Shown here in pieces: positions 18,502-28,850 of a stretch of DNA of 64,000 nt. The DNA lies in contig CBDCFW010000006.1 in the NCBI GenBank assembly GCA_965216465.1, forward strand, positions 864,001 through 928,000, given 5' to 3'. The stretch's first letter is position 1. Each line of letters begins with the position of its first letter. The notes beneath the pieces were generated by a model that saw nothing but the letters and a program-made list of their open reading frames with translations, made no database searches and had not been told where the DNA came from. Made by a program: the position numbers and the translations under genes. The stretch is from Bacteroidia bacterium. Lineage in GTDB: Bacteria > Bacteroidota > Bacteroidia > NS11-12g > UBA9320.

Positions 18502-20694
18502 TTAATTTGCAACATCACTCATGAATTGAATTTGAAAAACTTTCATTTCCTCATGAGAGAACTCGCCTCCAAACTCATTTACAGCCTCATCTATGTTGTT
18601 TGTTTCGGTAGATTTAAAGTAATCAAAAATCTCATCTCTACCTTCTTCGTCAATTATATCGTCTATGTAATAATGAAGATCTACTTGAGTTCCGGAGTAT
18701 ACAATTGCTTCGAGTTCGTCGACCAATTCATCGTATTCCATTCCTTGTCCTTTAGCAATATCTTCTAGGGGTACTTTCTTGTCAATGTTCTGAATGATAT
18801 GAATTTTTTTCGCACTTCTGTTCACTATCGACTTAAGTACGAGATCATCTGGACGTTCGATGTTGTTTTCTTCAACATATTGCCCTATCAATTCAACAAA
18901 TGGCTTGCCGAACTTTTTAGCTTTATTTTTTCCAACACCCTGAATGTTTTCCATTTCTGCAATAGTCATTGGAAACTTAAAAGCCATATCCTCTAATGAA
19001 GGTTCCTGGAAAATTACATAGGGTGGAAGTCCCATGCTTTTGGCTACCGTTTTTTGGAGCTCTTTTAGCTTACCAAATAACACTTTATCGTACACAGCTT
19101 CAAGCTGAATTTTTTCAAAATCTTCATCGCTAACTGCATCAAATTCTCGGTCTTGAGCCAATTCTACTGGAGTGGGTTGAGCAAGGTATGCACGACCTTC
19201 ATCACTGATTGATAGTAAGCCATATTGTTCAATGTTTTTAATGATGAGGTTATTTACTTGGGCGAATCGAATAAGCGTTTTCCAAAAATTTGGTCCTTGA
19301 TCTTTGCCTCGTCCATACAACTCATAGGTGTCGTGCTTATATGCTTTTACTTCAGGGGAAGATTTGCCGACGAGAATATCGACGACATGTTTAATATTCA
19401 CCTTGCCGTCGGTAAATTGAATGGTTTTCAATGCATCAACCAACTCGCTTGTTACATCTTGCTTTTCTCGAGGGTTACGACAATTGTCACACATCTTGTT
19501 GCAGTCGTCGGCATCAAAATTCTCCCCAAAATAATGTAAGAGTGATTTTCTTCTGCACTGTGAAGATTCTGCGAAGTAGGCCATTTCGGAAATTAACTGG
19601 GTGCCAATCTCACGTTCAGCTACCGGCTTATCTTTCAAGAATTTTTCAAGCTTTTCAGTGTCTTTAGGATTGTAAAATAACAAGCAATCGCCGTCTAAAC
19701 CGTCTCTACCTGATCTTCCTGTTTCTTGGTAGTAGCCTTCTAACGATTTGGGAACGTCATAATGCACCACAAAACGAACATCAGGCTTGTCGATTCCCAT
19801 TCCGAATGCAATCGTTGCACAGATAACGTCAACATCTTCCATTAAGAACTTATCTTGATTTTGTGCTCGCGTTTTGGCGTCTAAACCTGCATGATAAGGA
19901 AGAGCATTTACGCCGTTAGCTATTAATATATCTGCAACTTCTTCAGTCTTTTTTCTACTTAAACAGTAAACGATTCCGCTTTTGCCTTTTCGTTTATTGA
20001 TAAAAGAAATAAGGTCTTTCATGGTTTGAGCCTTACTTCCTTTGGGCATTACTTCGTAATAGAGGTTTGTTCTGTTAAACGACGATTTGAAAACTTGAGC
20101 ATCAACCATATTCAAGCTCTTTTGAATGTCGAGTTGAACTTTAGGTGTAGCCGTAGCCGTTAGAGCTACCATTGGAACGTCGTCAATTTCTTTAACAATC
20201 TGTTTGATTCGGCGATATTCTGGACGAAAATCATGTCCCCACTCAGAAATGCAGTGTGCCTCATCTACTGCCACAAAGCTCACACGAACAGATCGAAGAA
20301 ATTCAATAGTTTCATCCTTCTTTAACGTTTCGGGAGCTACATAAAGCATTTTGGTATTACCTTGAGCAACATCAGATTTAACTTTTTCTGATTGCGATTT
20401 GGTAAGTGAAGAATTGAGAAAATGAGCAATTGAATCACTTTCTCCAAACCCTCTAATAGAGTCCACTTGGTTTTTCATTAAAGCAATCAAAGGAGAAATG
20501 ATTATTGCTGTACCATCGCTAATTAAAGCAGGTAACTGATAACACAGTGATTTACCAGCTCCGGTAGGCATAATCACAAAACAATCTTTCCCTTCTATTA
20601 TGGTTCTAATAACCTCCTCTTGCATCCCTTTAAAGGAATCAAACCCAAAAAATTCCTTTAAACTAGCTTTTAAATCTAATGCGTCAGTCGCCAT
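18502..20694 (-). CDS. recQ: ATP-dependent DNA helicase RecQ
   Basis: MPTGAGKS, DEAHC, ATAT, RQC Cys motifs, HRDC-like domain. Confidence 0.95.
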   Translation of the reverse strand: MATDALDLKASLKEFFGFDSFKGMQEEVIRTIIEGKDCFVIMPTGAGKSLCYQLPALISDGTAIIISPLIALMKNQVDSIRGFGESDSIAHFLNSSLTKSQSEKVKSDVAQGNTKMLYVAPETLKKDETIEFLRSVRVSFVAVDEAHCISEWGHDFRPEYRRIKQIVKEIDDVPMVALTATATPKVQLDIQKSLNMVDAQVFKSSFNRTNLYYEVMPKGSKAQTMKDLISFINKRKGKSGIVYCLSRKKTEEVADILIANGVNALPYHAGLDAKTRAQNQDKFLMEDVDVICATIAFGMGIDKPDVRFVVHYDVPKSLEGYYQETGRSGRDGLDGDCLLFYNPKDTEKLEKFLKDKPVAEREIGTQLISEMAYFAESSQCRRKSLLHYFGENFDADDCNKMCDNCRNPREKQDVTSELVDALKTIQFTDGKVNIKHVVDILVGKSSPEVKAYKHDTYELYGRGKDQGPNFWKTLIRFAQVNNLIIKNIEQYGLLSISDEGRAYLAQPTPVELAQDREFDAVSDEDFEKIQLEAVYDKVLFGKLKELQKTVAKSMGLPPYVIFQEPSLEDMAFKFPMTIAEMENIQGVGKNKAKKFGKPFVELIGQYVEENNIERPDDLVLKSIVNRSAKKIHIIQNIDKKVPLEDIAKGQGMEYDELVDELEAIVYSGTQVDLHYYIDDIIDEEGRDEIFDYFKSTETNNIDEAVNEFGGEFSHEEMKVFQIQFMSDVAN

Positions 20695-20776
20695 TTATCT
20701 GCCTCTCTAAATATTTTTAATAATTGCAGGTCTAATATACTACTTCTTTCCTGATATGCTAAAATAATTTTTTAAT

Positions 20777-21757
20777 TTGCAGTCGATTATCTTGCTTACC
20801 GAAAAAGAAATACTTCAGATTGCTTCAGACACCATTCAACTTGAAAGCAAAAGCCTATCAGAACTGTGCAACAAATTGACCTCGAGCTTTGTTCAGGTCG
20901 TTAATTTAATTGACAAATCAAACGGTCGTGTTGTAGTTACTGGAATAGGAAAAAGTGCAATTGTGGGCCAAAAAATTGTGGCAACATTAAACAGCACTGG
21001 AACACCAGCTTTGTTCATGCACGCAGCAGATGCAATTCATGGTGATTTAGGCATGATTCAAAAAGACGATGTAGTTATTTGCATCTCAAAAAGTGGTGAA
21101 AGTCCTGAAATAAAAGCACTAGTACCATTATTAAAATCAGGAGGCAATAAGCTTGTTGGGATGGTAGGAAATCTAAATTCCTATTTAAGTACCAACAGCG
21201 ATTATGTGTTAGATACAACTGTCGATAAAGAAGCTTGCCCTAACAATCTTGCTCCGACCACAAGTACCACTGCTCAAATGGCTATGGGAGATGCCTTGGC
21301 AGTAGTGCTTATCAGCTCTAAAAATTTTAAATCTGAAGATTTTGCACGTTATCATCCAGGAGGTGCATTAGGTAAAAAACTGTACTTAAAACTGGCTGAT
21401 TTAGCTCGAGAAAATAGCAAACCAAGCGTTTCACTTACAGCTGAACTCTCTGATTGCATTTTAGCTATTAGCAAGTCGCGACTAGGTGTAACCGTTGTAG
21501 AAGATCAAAATGAAGTCGTTGGTATTATTACCGATGGTGATTTAAGAAGAATGCTTACCAATCAGAAAGATTGGGGCAATCTTGTAGCAAAAGACATTAT
21601 GACCAAAAATCCAAAAACGTTGTCAGAAAATACGATGGCAGTCGATGGAGTGTCATTTATTAAAGAACATAAGATTAATCATATCATATTAACAGATGAA
21701 GGTGCGTTAAAAGGCATTGTTCACATTCAAGATTTGATTAGAGAGGGACTTATATGA
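20777..21757 (+). CDS. kdsD: KpsF/GutQ arabinose-5-phosphate isomerase (SIS + 2 CBS)
   Basis: GIGKS, HGDLG, PTTSTT, HPGGALG, CBS pair. Confidence 0.9.
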   Translation: MQSIILLTEKEILQIASDTIQLESKSLSELCNKLTSSFVQVVNLIDKSNGRVVVTGIGKSAIVGQKIVATLNSTGTPALFMHAADAIHGDLGMIQKDDVVICISKSGESPEIKALVPLLKSGGNKLVGMVGNLNSYLSTNSDYVLDTTVDKEACPNNLAPTTSTTAQMAMGDALAVVLISSKNFKSEDFARYHPGGALGKKLYLKLADLARENSKPSVSLTAELSDCILAISKSRLGVTVVEDQNEVVGIITDGDLRRMLTNQKDWGNLVAKDIMTKNPKTLSENTMAVDGVSFIKEHKINHIILTDEGALKGIVHIQDLIREGLI

Positions 21758-22839
21758 AGAAAATGAAGCATACGTACGTACTGATTCTAGCGGGTGGAAT
21801 TGGAAGCCGGTTTTGGCCTATTAGCCGAGAAAAAAAACCAAAACAATTTCTCGATATTCTGGGTACAGGACGAACACTAATTCAAGAAGCATTTACCCGA
21901 TATAGCAAGCTGGCTGACAAGGAAAATATTTATGTAATTACTAATGAACGCTATGTTTCACTAGTGGCGGAGCAACTTCCAGAACTTGCAAAAGATCAAA
22001 TACTGGGAGAGCCTTATGGGAAAAATACAGCGGCTTGCGTAGCCTACGCAGCTCATAAAATATCTGAACTATCCGATGAAGGAATTTTAATTGTTGCACC
22101 AAGTGACCATTTAATATTGGATGAAACCACCTTCATCAATCAAATGCACAGGGCTCAAAACTTTGCAAAAGAGAATGATGCCCTAATTACCTTAGGTATT
22201 AAACCGCATCGCCCTGACACTGGCTACGGTTACATTCAGTTTAAAGAGAAGGAGATTAAAGATGGGGTTAATAAGGTAGTTACCTTTACAGAAAAACCAC
22301 CTTTAGACCTCGCAAAGAAGTTTTTGGAAAGCGGTGACTTCCTGTGGAACTCAGGAATGTTTATTTGGAGCATTTCAAGTATTATGAAAGCCTTAAATGA
22401 GCACTTGCCCGAAATGAGCTTGGTTTTTGCAGAAGGCAAAGGAGCATACAACACTTCAATAGAAGCCCAACACGTAGAGCGAATCTACAGCCAAATAAAT
22501 AGCATCTCAATAGATAATGGGGTTCTTGAAAAGGCAGAAAACGTGTATGTACTCCCATCTGACTTTGGTTGGAGTGATTTAGGAACTTGGAAAAGCGTTA
22601 ATGAACAAATAGAACCCAAAGAAAATAACTCATCACTAAATGCAATCTTGCATGCAACCAATGCTAAGGATAATTTGGTGGTAACTCAGCAAGAGAAATT
22701 AGTTGTACTTAAAGATTTAGATGGCTACTTTGTAATTGACACAGACGATGCTTTACTTATTTGTAAATCTGATCAAGAGCAAGAAATAAAGAAAATAGCG
22801 TCTGAGATTAAGAAAAAGTACAACAAACGCTTTGGTTAA
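21754..22839 (+). CDS. manC: Mannose-1-phosphate guanylyltransferase
   Basis: LAGGIGSRFWP, PKQFL, EPYGKNTA, EKP, WNSGMF, WSDLG. Confidence 0.9.
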   Translation: MKKMKHTYVLILAGGIGSRFWPISREKKPKQFLDILGTGRTLIQEAFTRYSKLADKENIYVITNERYVSLVAEQLPELAKDQILGEPYGKNTAACVAYAAHKISELSDEGILIVAPSDHLILDETTFINQMHRAQNFAKENDALITLGIKPHRPDTGYGYIQFKEKEIKDGVNKVVTFTEKPPLDLAKKFLESGDFLWNSGMFIWSISSIMKALNEHLPEMSLVFAEGKGAYNTSIEAQHVERIYSQINSISIDNGVLEKAENVYVLPSDFGWSDLGTWKSVNEQIEPKENNSSLNAILHATNAKDNLVVTQQEKLVVLKDLDGYFVIDTDDALLICKSDQEQEIKKIASEIKKKYNKRFG

Positions 22840-23995
22840 AAAATCGAGATTAGCATACTTATGGGTTTTTCTTCTTGCACTCTTTTCGTTTAAAGAGTCA
22901 AATCTGAATATTGATTCTGATCAGAATCAATTGATCAACCATGAAATCTTGAACTCTTTTTACAATCAACTTGATTCGTTAGTTGAACACGCTGATCGTA
23001 AAGTTTCTATAGTTCATATTGGAGATTCGCACATTCAAGCAGATTATCTAACAGGTACAGCAAGAAAGAACTTCCAACAGCATTTTGGAAATGGGGGCCG
23101 TGGATTTGTGTTTCCATATCGAATTGCTCGTAGTGGAGGAGCCATAGATGTTAAATTTAGCCATACGGGATCTTGGGAATACTGTGAGGTCATGCGGAAG
23201 TATGCCTATTGCGATTTAGGAGTCTCTGGTTATGCTGTTTCTCCAATTGATAATTGCTCTGTGCACATAGATGTAATTTCTAAGGCAGTTTCGAATGCTT
23301 CATTCAATAAGATAACGGTTTTGGATAATGAAGACATTTATGTTCCAACAGCTGCAAATGGATCATATCAGATCGATACAACTGGTGAAAGTACAGTGAT
23401 TGTATTCGATAAATTTCAAGATACTATAGACTTGGCTCCTTTACAATCGAACCAGCACGCACAACTAGAAGGGTTAATATTGGAGAATGGGCAACCAGGA
23501 GTGCTTTATCACGCTATGGGTGTTAATGGATCGAGCACATTGCAATATTTACGGAGCAAAACATTTGAGCATGACATAGCTGAGTTAAATGCCAATCTGG
23601 TTATTATCTCATTCGGAACGAATGATTGCTACCTGCCGAGATCTCGATTTTGTCAACATTGCATCAAAGACCGGTACAAGACCATGATTTCTCGAATCAG
23701 GTCTCAGAATCCCAATGTTGCAATTTTAATCACTACTCCCCCTGATCATTATTACTACCGACGATATCCGAATAAGAATATTAAACTTTTAAGAGATGCC
23801 TTAGTAGAAATGGCAAATGAAGAAAATGTTGCGGTTTGGGACCTTTATGGGGTAATGGGAGGAGAGAACTCAATTCGCAGTTGGTACAACGAAAGTTTGG
23901 CAAGAAGAGACCTCATTCATTTCACCAAAGAGGGATATTACAAGCAAGGGGATTTATTGTTTGAAGCTATAATGCACCATTATCAAGAACGCTAA
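22832..23995 (+). CDS. SGNH/GDSL protein (PatB-like O-acetyltransferase/esterase)
   Basis: GDSH, GVNG, GTND, DLIH; N-terminal signal/anchor. Confidence 0.8.
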   Translation: MVKKSRLAYLWVFLLALFSFKESNLNIDSDQNQLINHEILNSFYNQLDSLVEHADRKVSIVHIGDSHIQADYLTGTARKNFQQHFGNGGRGFVFPYRIARSGGAIDVKFSHTGSWEYCEVMRKYAYCDLGVSGYAVSPIDNCSVHIDVISKAVSNASFNKITVLDNEDIYVPTAANGSYQIDTTGESTVIVFDKFQDTIDLAPLQSNQHAQLEGLILENGQPGVLYHAMGVNGSSTLQYLRSKTFEHDIAELNANLVIISFGTNDCYLPRSRFCQHCIKDRYKTMISRIRSQNPNVAILITTPPDHYYYRRYPNKNIKLLRDALVEMANEENVAVWDLYGVMGGENSIRSWYNESLARRDLIHFTKEGYYKQGDLLFEAIMHHYQER

Positions 23996-25503
23996 TGTTG
24001 AGTTTAGATCAAATATTCAACTATTCTGAAAAGCACCCGTTGCTGTTCAACCAATACCTCTTCCTTTTGCTATTTACAGTAATGTTCGCAGGCTATACTC
24101 TGGTTCATAAAAGGGTAAGGCTACGTAACTTCTATTTGCTCATTTTTAGCTTATTCTTTTACTATAAAAGCAGCGGCTTATACTTCTTCCTGTTGCTGTT
24201 CAGTACTGTTGTTGATTATGGATGTGGATATGGCATATTCTTATCAAAAAATCAGCTTGGTAAGCGGTTATATTTATTGCTCAGTGTGTTTGTAAACCTA
24301 GGAATGCTTGCCTTCTTTAAGTATTCTTACTTTTTCGTGGATATTATAAACTCCTCGTTCGATACAAGCTTTAAAGCCGTAAATTTCTTGGCGGTTTTTG
24401 CTAATGAATCACTCGGTGCTAGCTTCAATATAAATGAGATATTTTTACCCGTTGGTATATCGTTCTACACGTTTCAAACCCTAAGCTACAGCATTGATAT
24501 TTATCGCGAGAAGATTAAACCGTGTGGCAACATATTTGACTTTGCCTTCTTCGTTTCTTTCTTTCCGCAACTTGTGGCAGGGCCAATTGTAAGAGCTTCC
24601 GAATTTTTACCCCAAATCAAAAGGCCCTATTACTTAAGTAAGAGTGGTTTTGGAATCGCTGTCTTTCTCATAATGACAGGTTTAATCAAGAAGGTTGTAA
24701 TTAGTGATTACATCAGTGTAAATTTTGTTGATCGTGTATTTGATACTCCAGATTTATATAGTGGATTCATGAATCTGATGGCGGTGTATGGATACTCTAT
24801 ACAAATCTATTGTGACTTTTCAGGCTATTCTGATATGGCCATCGGACTGGCTGCATTACTAGGCTTTAAATTGCCCATAAACTTTAACAGTCCGTACAAA
24901 GCCAGAAACATTACAGACTTTTGGAGAAGATGGCACATTTCACTGTCTACATGGCTGCGAGATTATCTTTACATTTCGTTAGGAGGAAATCGAAAAGGAA
25001 AGATTAGAACATATTTTAACTTGTTCATTACCATGTTGCTGGGAGGACTTTGGCACGGGGCTGCCCTGAAGTTTATTATATGGGGCGGATTGCACGGTGT
25101 AGCATTGGCCATTCACAAACTTTGGATGCGTTTCTCAAACTTTTCGTTGGGTCGACCTGGCAGGGTTCTGAGCGTGATTTTTACATTCCATTTTGTGGCT
25201 TTTTGTTGGCTTTATTTTAGAGCCTCAGATGTTCCTACCGTTAAAGCTATGTTGAACAACATATTTTTTGATTTTGATTGGTTCGGGGTAACAGAGCGCG
25301 TAGTGGCCTACTGGAAAGTATTTGCTTTAATTGTACTAGGATTTGTTCTTCACCTCTTGCCTAACAATTTGAAAAACAGAGTTCAATGGTGGTTTACAGA
25401 GTCGCCAATGTATGTTAAGGTAATGGTGTTTGTTATTGTTGTGTTTGCAACATTTCAAGCAACTGTTGCTGGCATACAACCATTTATTTACTTCCAGTTT
25501 TAA
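23995..25503 (+). CDS. MBOAT O-acyltransferase (AlgI/PatA family)
   Basis: PVGISFYTFQ, FFPQLVAGPI, DFSGYSDMA, FWRRWHISLS, GLWHG, C-terminal FIYFQF. Confidence 0.9.
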   Translation: MLSLDQIFNYSEKHPLLFNQYLFLLLFTVMFAGYTLVHKRVRLRNFYLLIFSLFFYYKSSGLYFFLLLFSTVVDYGCGYGIFLSKNQLGKRLYLLLSVFVNLGMLAFFKYSYFFVDIINSSFDTSFKAVNFLAVFANESLGASFNINEIFLPVGISFYTFQTLSYSIDIYREKIKPCGNIFDFAFFVSFFPQLVAGPIVRASEFLPQIKRPYYLSKSGFGIAVFLIMTGLIKKVVISDYISVNFVDRVFDTPDLYSGFMNLMAVYGYSIQIYCDFSGYSDMAIGLAALLGFKLPINFNSPYKARNITDFWRRWHISLSTWLRDYLYISLGGNRKGKIRTYFNLFITMLLGGLWHGAALKFIIWGGLHGVALAIHKLWMRFSNFSLGRPGRVLSVIFTFHFVAFCWLYFRASDVPTVKAMLNNIFFDFDWFGVTERVVAYWKVFALIVLGFVLHLLPNNLKNRVQWWFTESPMYVKVMVFVIVVFATFQATVAGIQPFIYFQF

Positions 25504-25816
25504 GCTTTTTCCTGAGCCATACTTTCTGAAAAACGCGATTCCAACAAAGCTTCGATAAGTCTTCAAAATAGTTTGCAGTAGTACCTAGTTTCGACTCGTC
25601 AATATCGATGCGATAAATCAGGTTTGTTAGAAGCCCCATTTGATCAATGTTTTGCAATTCTCGTTTTAGTTCAGCAATTAATCCTAGAGCACTGTTTGAT
25701 TGAAAGTCGTAAGATGTTCCTGCCATTAGAATGTCTTTTTGCATTTGGTCAACCACATCTTGTAAATCTAAGGGATTGATGGATTGAAATTCTATGTCGT
25801 TATTTGTCTCAAGCAA
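25484..25816 (-). CDS. Hypothetical protein
   Basis: 110 aa; QMQKD, LIYRIDIDE and R..QKVWLR pattern recalls a small conserved Bacteroidota protein. Confidence 0.6.
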   Translation of the reverse strand: MLETNNDIEFQSINPLDLQDVVDQMQKDILMAGTSYDFQSNSALGLIAELKRELQNIDQMGLLTNLIYRIDIDESKLGTTANYFEDLSKLCWNRVFQKVWLRKKLKTGSK

Positions 25817-25822
25817 AACGTT

Positions 25823-26404
25823 ATGGTAAAAGTAGTGTATAGCCCAAATGATGGCAAGAAAAGATGCGAATGGTGTTTAAAAGATGACCTCTATGTTCGG
25901 TACCACGATGAAGAATGGGGTGAAGTGTCTCATAACGATCATCATCTTTTCGAACACCTCATTCTAGAAACCTTTCAAGCAGGGTTGAGCTGGTATACTA
26001 TTCTTAAGAAAAGAGAAAACTTTAGAGCAGCTTTTGATCAATTTGATGCTCAAAAAATGGCAGCCTACGGAGAAGACAAGATTCAAGAGCTACTCCAAAA
26101 TGCAGGAATCATTCGAAGTAGGGCTAAAATTGAAGCAGCCATAAACAATGCAAAGGTTTACCTACAACTACAAGAAGAATTTGGAAGTTTCGACAAGTAC
26201 ATCTGGCAATTCACAAATTATAAAACCTTAAAATTTACCATAAAATCATGGGCCGATGTACGCACCACTACCCCCGAAAGCCATGCTATGAGCAAAGACA
26301 TGAAGAAAAGGGGATTCAAATTTGTTGGAAGCACAACTTGCATGGCCTATATGGAGGCTGTTGGTATGGTTAGTGACCATTTTCACGACTGCTGGAAAGC
26401 TTAA
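25823..26404 (+). CDS. tag: DNA-3-methyladenine glycosylase I
   Basis: RCEW, YHDEEWG, FQAGLSW, KRENFR, GFKFVG, DHFHDC. Confidence 0.95.
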   Translation: MVKVVYSPNDGKKRCEWCLKDDLYVRYHDEEWGEVSHNDHHLFEHLILETFQAGLSWYTILKKRENFRAAFDQFDAQKMAAYGEDKIQELLQNAGIIRSRAKIEAAINNAKVYLQLQEEFGSFDKYIWQFTNYKTLKFTIKSWADVRTTTPESHAMSKDMKKRGFKFVGSTTCMAYMEAVGMVSDHFHDCWKA

Positions 26405-26463
26405 AATCAGAAATCTTTATTCTCGGCATTTACCTTTTTTGGACATGAGGTATTGACTAGTAA

Positions 26464-27309
26464 GTGAACAAAAACTTAGTGTCAAATTTTTCAACAGAAC
26501 TAAATGATCCGAGGTATTTCCAGATATTTTACCTCGGGTCGTTTTTATGCTATGGAATTCTCTTTCTTGATTGGAGTCTAGCCATAACTAACTATGCTAC
26601 TATTTTTTTGGCCGCTACAGCTACGCAGCTCTTTTTCGCTCATTTCACCACGAAAAAATATTCGTCTATTAAAAGTGGATTGATAACCGCATTGGGTCTA
26701 TGCCTTTTACTAAAAATGCAAAGCCCTTGGGTCGGAGGATTAGCCGCGGTTATTGCCATAGCAAGCAAGTTTCTAATTAGAAAGAAAAACAAACATATTT
26801 TCAATCCAGCTAACATTGGCATTGTTGCTGCTATTGTGCTTACAGGACAAGCCTGGGTTAGCCCAGGGCAATGGGGTAGCAATGTTGTATTGTGGTTTTT
26901 TATTGGTTCGGCTGGATTGATGATGATCTTAAAAGTTGGGAGATTGGATACTGCTATTTCGTTTCTCCTAACTTTTGGGACATTACTCTTCTTACGTCAA
27001 GTAGTTTATTTGGGATGGGAACCTTCTGTTTGGCTTCATAAAATGAGCAACGGAACATTGCTTTTGTTCGCATTTTTTATGATTACAGACCCCATGACAA
27101 CACCAAATCACCCTAAAGCTCGAATCATTTGGGCAAGTATAATCGGTATTGCACTTTTCATTGTCTCGAACTTTTTGTATATGCAAAGTGCTGCAATCTG
27201 GATTCTCTTCATTATTAGTCCTTTTACAGTCTTATTCGACCGAATTTTTAAAGGGGTGAAATATGAATGGACTCAAAATCAATCGAAGCAAAGTTTACCC
27301 TCAAATTAA
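26464..27309 (+). CDS. NqrB/RnfD-family membrane protein (stand-alone)
   Basis: DPRYFQI, SKF..KHIFNPAN, FFMITDPMT motifs. Confidence 0.75.
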   Translation: MNKNLVSNFSTELNDPRYFQIFYLGSFLCYGILFLDWSLAITNYATIFLAATATQLFFAHFTTKKYSSIKSGLITALGLCLLLKMQSPWVGGLAAVIAIASKFLIRKKNKHIFNPANIGIVAAIVLTGQAWVSPGQWGSNVVLWFFIGSAGLMMILKVGRLDTAISFLLTFGTLLFLRQVVYLGWEPSVWLHKMSNGTLLLFAFFMITDPMTTPNHPKARIIWASIIGIALFIVSNFLYMQSAAIWILFIISPFTVLFDRIFKGVKYEWTQNQSKQSLPSN

Positions 27310-27320
27310 AAAATAGTATT

Positions 27321-28787
27321 ATGAAAAAAACAACTTTAATCGTCTTTGCAATTCTGGCTACACTTGGAGCCAATGCATTTTGTGGCTTCTATGTCGCTAA
27401 GGCAGGATCAAACCTGTACAACAACAAATCTGAAGTTATTCTGGTCCGCGATGGAGACCGCACAACAATTACAATGAGTAACGATTTTCAAGGCAATGTG
27501 AAAGATTTTGCCATGGTCGTTCCTGTACCTAATGTTATATCAAGAAGAGATATTAAGGTGGCAGATAGAGGAATCTTTGAATTTTTAGATGCCTATTCAG
27601 CTCCAAGATTGGTAGAATACTTTGATCATAACCCCTGTGCAGTTCCACCACCTCCAGTCTTAGAAATTGTCGAAGATGACTTGGAAGTGGATGAAGTCGA
27701 TGTATCATATTTTACGAAACGTGATGTTCGAACAGGAGTTAAAATTGAAGCCAAATACGATGTAGAAGAGTACGAGATCTTGATTTTAAGTGCGACAAAG
27801 TCTGAGGGTTTAGAAGAATGGCTAATTACCAACGGCTATAAAATACCTACAAAAGCAAAGAAGGTATTAGAGCCTTATATCAAGAATAAACTTAAATTTT
27901 TTGTGGTTAAGGTAAATTTGAATAAGTATAATCCTCAAGCACATGGAGGGTACCTAAGGCCTTTGCAAGTAAGTGTGACCTCAAATAAATTTATGCTTCC
28001 AATTCGATTAGGGATGGCCAATTCGAAAGGAGCTCAAGACATGATCGTTTATACCTTTTCAAAAAAGGGAAGAGTTGAGTGCACCAACTACAGAACAGTA
28101 GACGTGCCATCAAATCGAAACGTTCCAACTTTTGTTAAGGCTAAATTTGGGAACTTCTATAAAGACTTGTTCGAAACCTCATATCGTCGTCAAGGTAAAG
28201 ATGCAGTTTTCTTGGAGTATGCTTGGAATGTTACTCCACGTTTTACCGGAATGAAATGCGATCCATGTGTTGGAAATCCTCCTTACGTAAATGAGTTGTC
28301 TAAAGCGGGAGTTCATTGGTCTGGAAGTGGCCAGAATGTTTTTTTTACAAGAATGCATGTACGGTACGCTCTCGACAAATTTCCTGAAGACTTGTTCTTT
28401 CAAGAAACACCAAACAACCAAAACTTTCAAGCGAGATATATTATTACACATCCGGCTGGGGGAGACTTAACCTGTGATGAAGGCCAGCAATATTTGGCCA
28501 AATTAAAAACCCGCAGGAAAAAGGAATTGTCTGAAATGTCGGCATTAACACAATGGGATGCATTGAAGTATCCGGATTATGTATCTACTGGATCTGCCCA
28601 AGAGCGGGTGGAAGTGAAGGAGGTGGATGAAATAGAGACCGACCCAATTAAAAATGATGTTTTTCCAATAGGCAATATGAACAACGACAAACCAAAGGGC
28701 CCGATGCTTTTTTTAGTCCTTTTTGTCACCATGTTTATAGCCTATATGGTCAACAATTTAGCGTTGCAGCGTCGCTTGCAACGATAA
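27321..28787 (+). CDS. DUF2330-domain exported protein with C-terminal TM
   Basis: Signal ending ANA|FCGFYV, FAMVVPVP, SAPRLVEY, WL..NGY, MLPIRL, CDPC. Confidence 0.75.
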   Translation: MKKTTLIVFAILATLGANAFCGFYVAKAGSNLYNNKSEVILVRDGDRTTITMSNDFQGNVKDFAMVVPVPNVISRRDIKVADRGIFEFLDAYSAPRLVEYFDHNPCAVPPPPVLEIVEDDLEVDEVDVSYFTKRDVRTGVKIEAKYDVEEYEILILSATKSEGLEEWLITNGYKIPTKAKKVLEPYIKNKLKFFVVKVNLNKYNPQAHGGYLRPLQVSVTSNKFMLPIRLGMANSKGAQDMIVYTFSKKGRVECTNYRTVDVPSNRNVPTFVKAKFGNFYKDLFETSYRRQGKDAVFLEYAWNVTPRFTGMKCDPCVGNPPYVNELSKAGVHWSGSGQNVFFTRMHVRYALDKFPEDLFFQETPNNQNFQARYIITHPAGGDLTCDEGQQYLAKLKTRRKKELSEMSALTQWDALKYPDYVSTGSAQERVEVKEVDEIETDPIKNDVFPIGNMNNDKPKGPMLFLVLFVTMFIAYMVNNLALQRRLQR

Positions 28788-28802
28788 GACTATGTAAATT
28801 CG

Positions 28803-28838
28803 AAAAAAGGCCCCTAACCTAGGGGTCTTTTTCTTTTA
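28803..28838 (+). terminator. Intrinsic terminator
   Basis: AGGCCCCT-AACCT-AGGGGTCT + T tract. Confidence 0.75.
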
Positions 28839-28850
28839 TTTGCATTTGAA

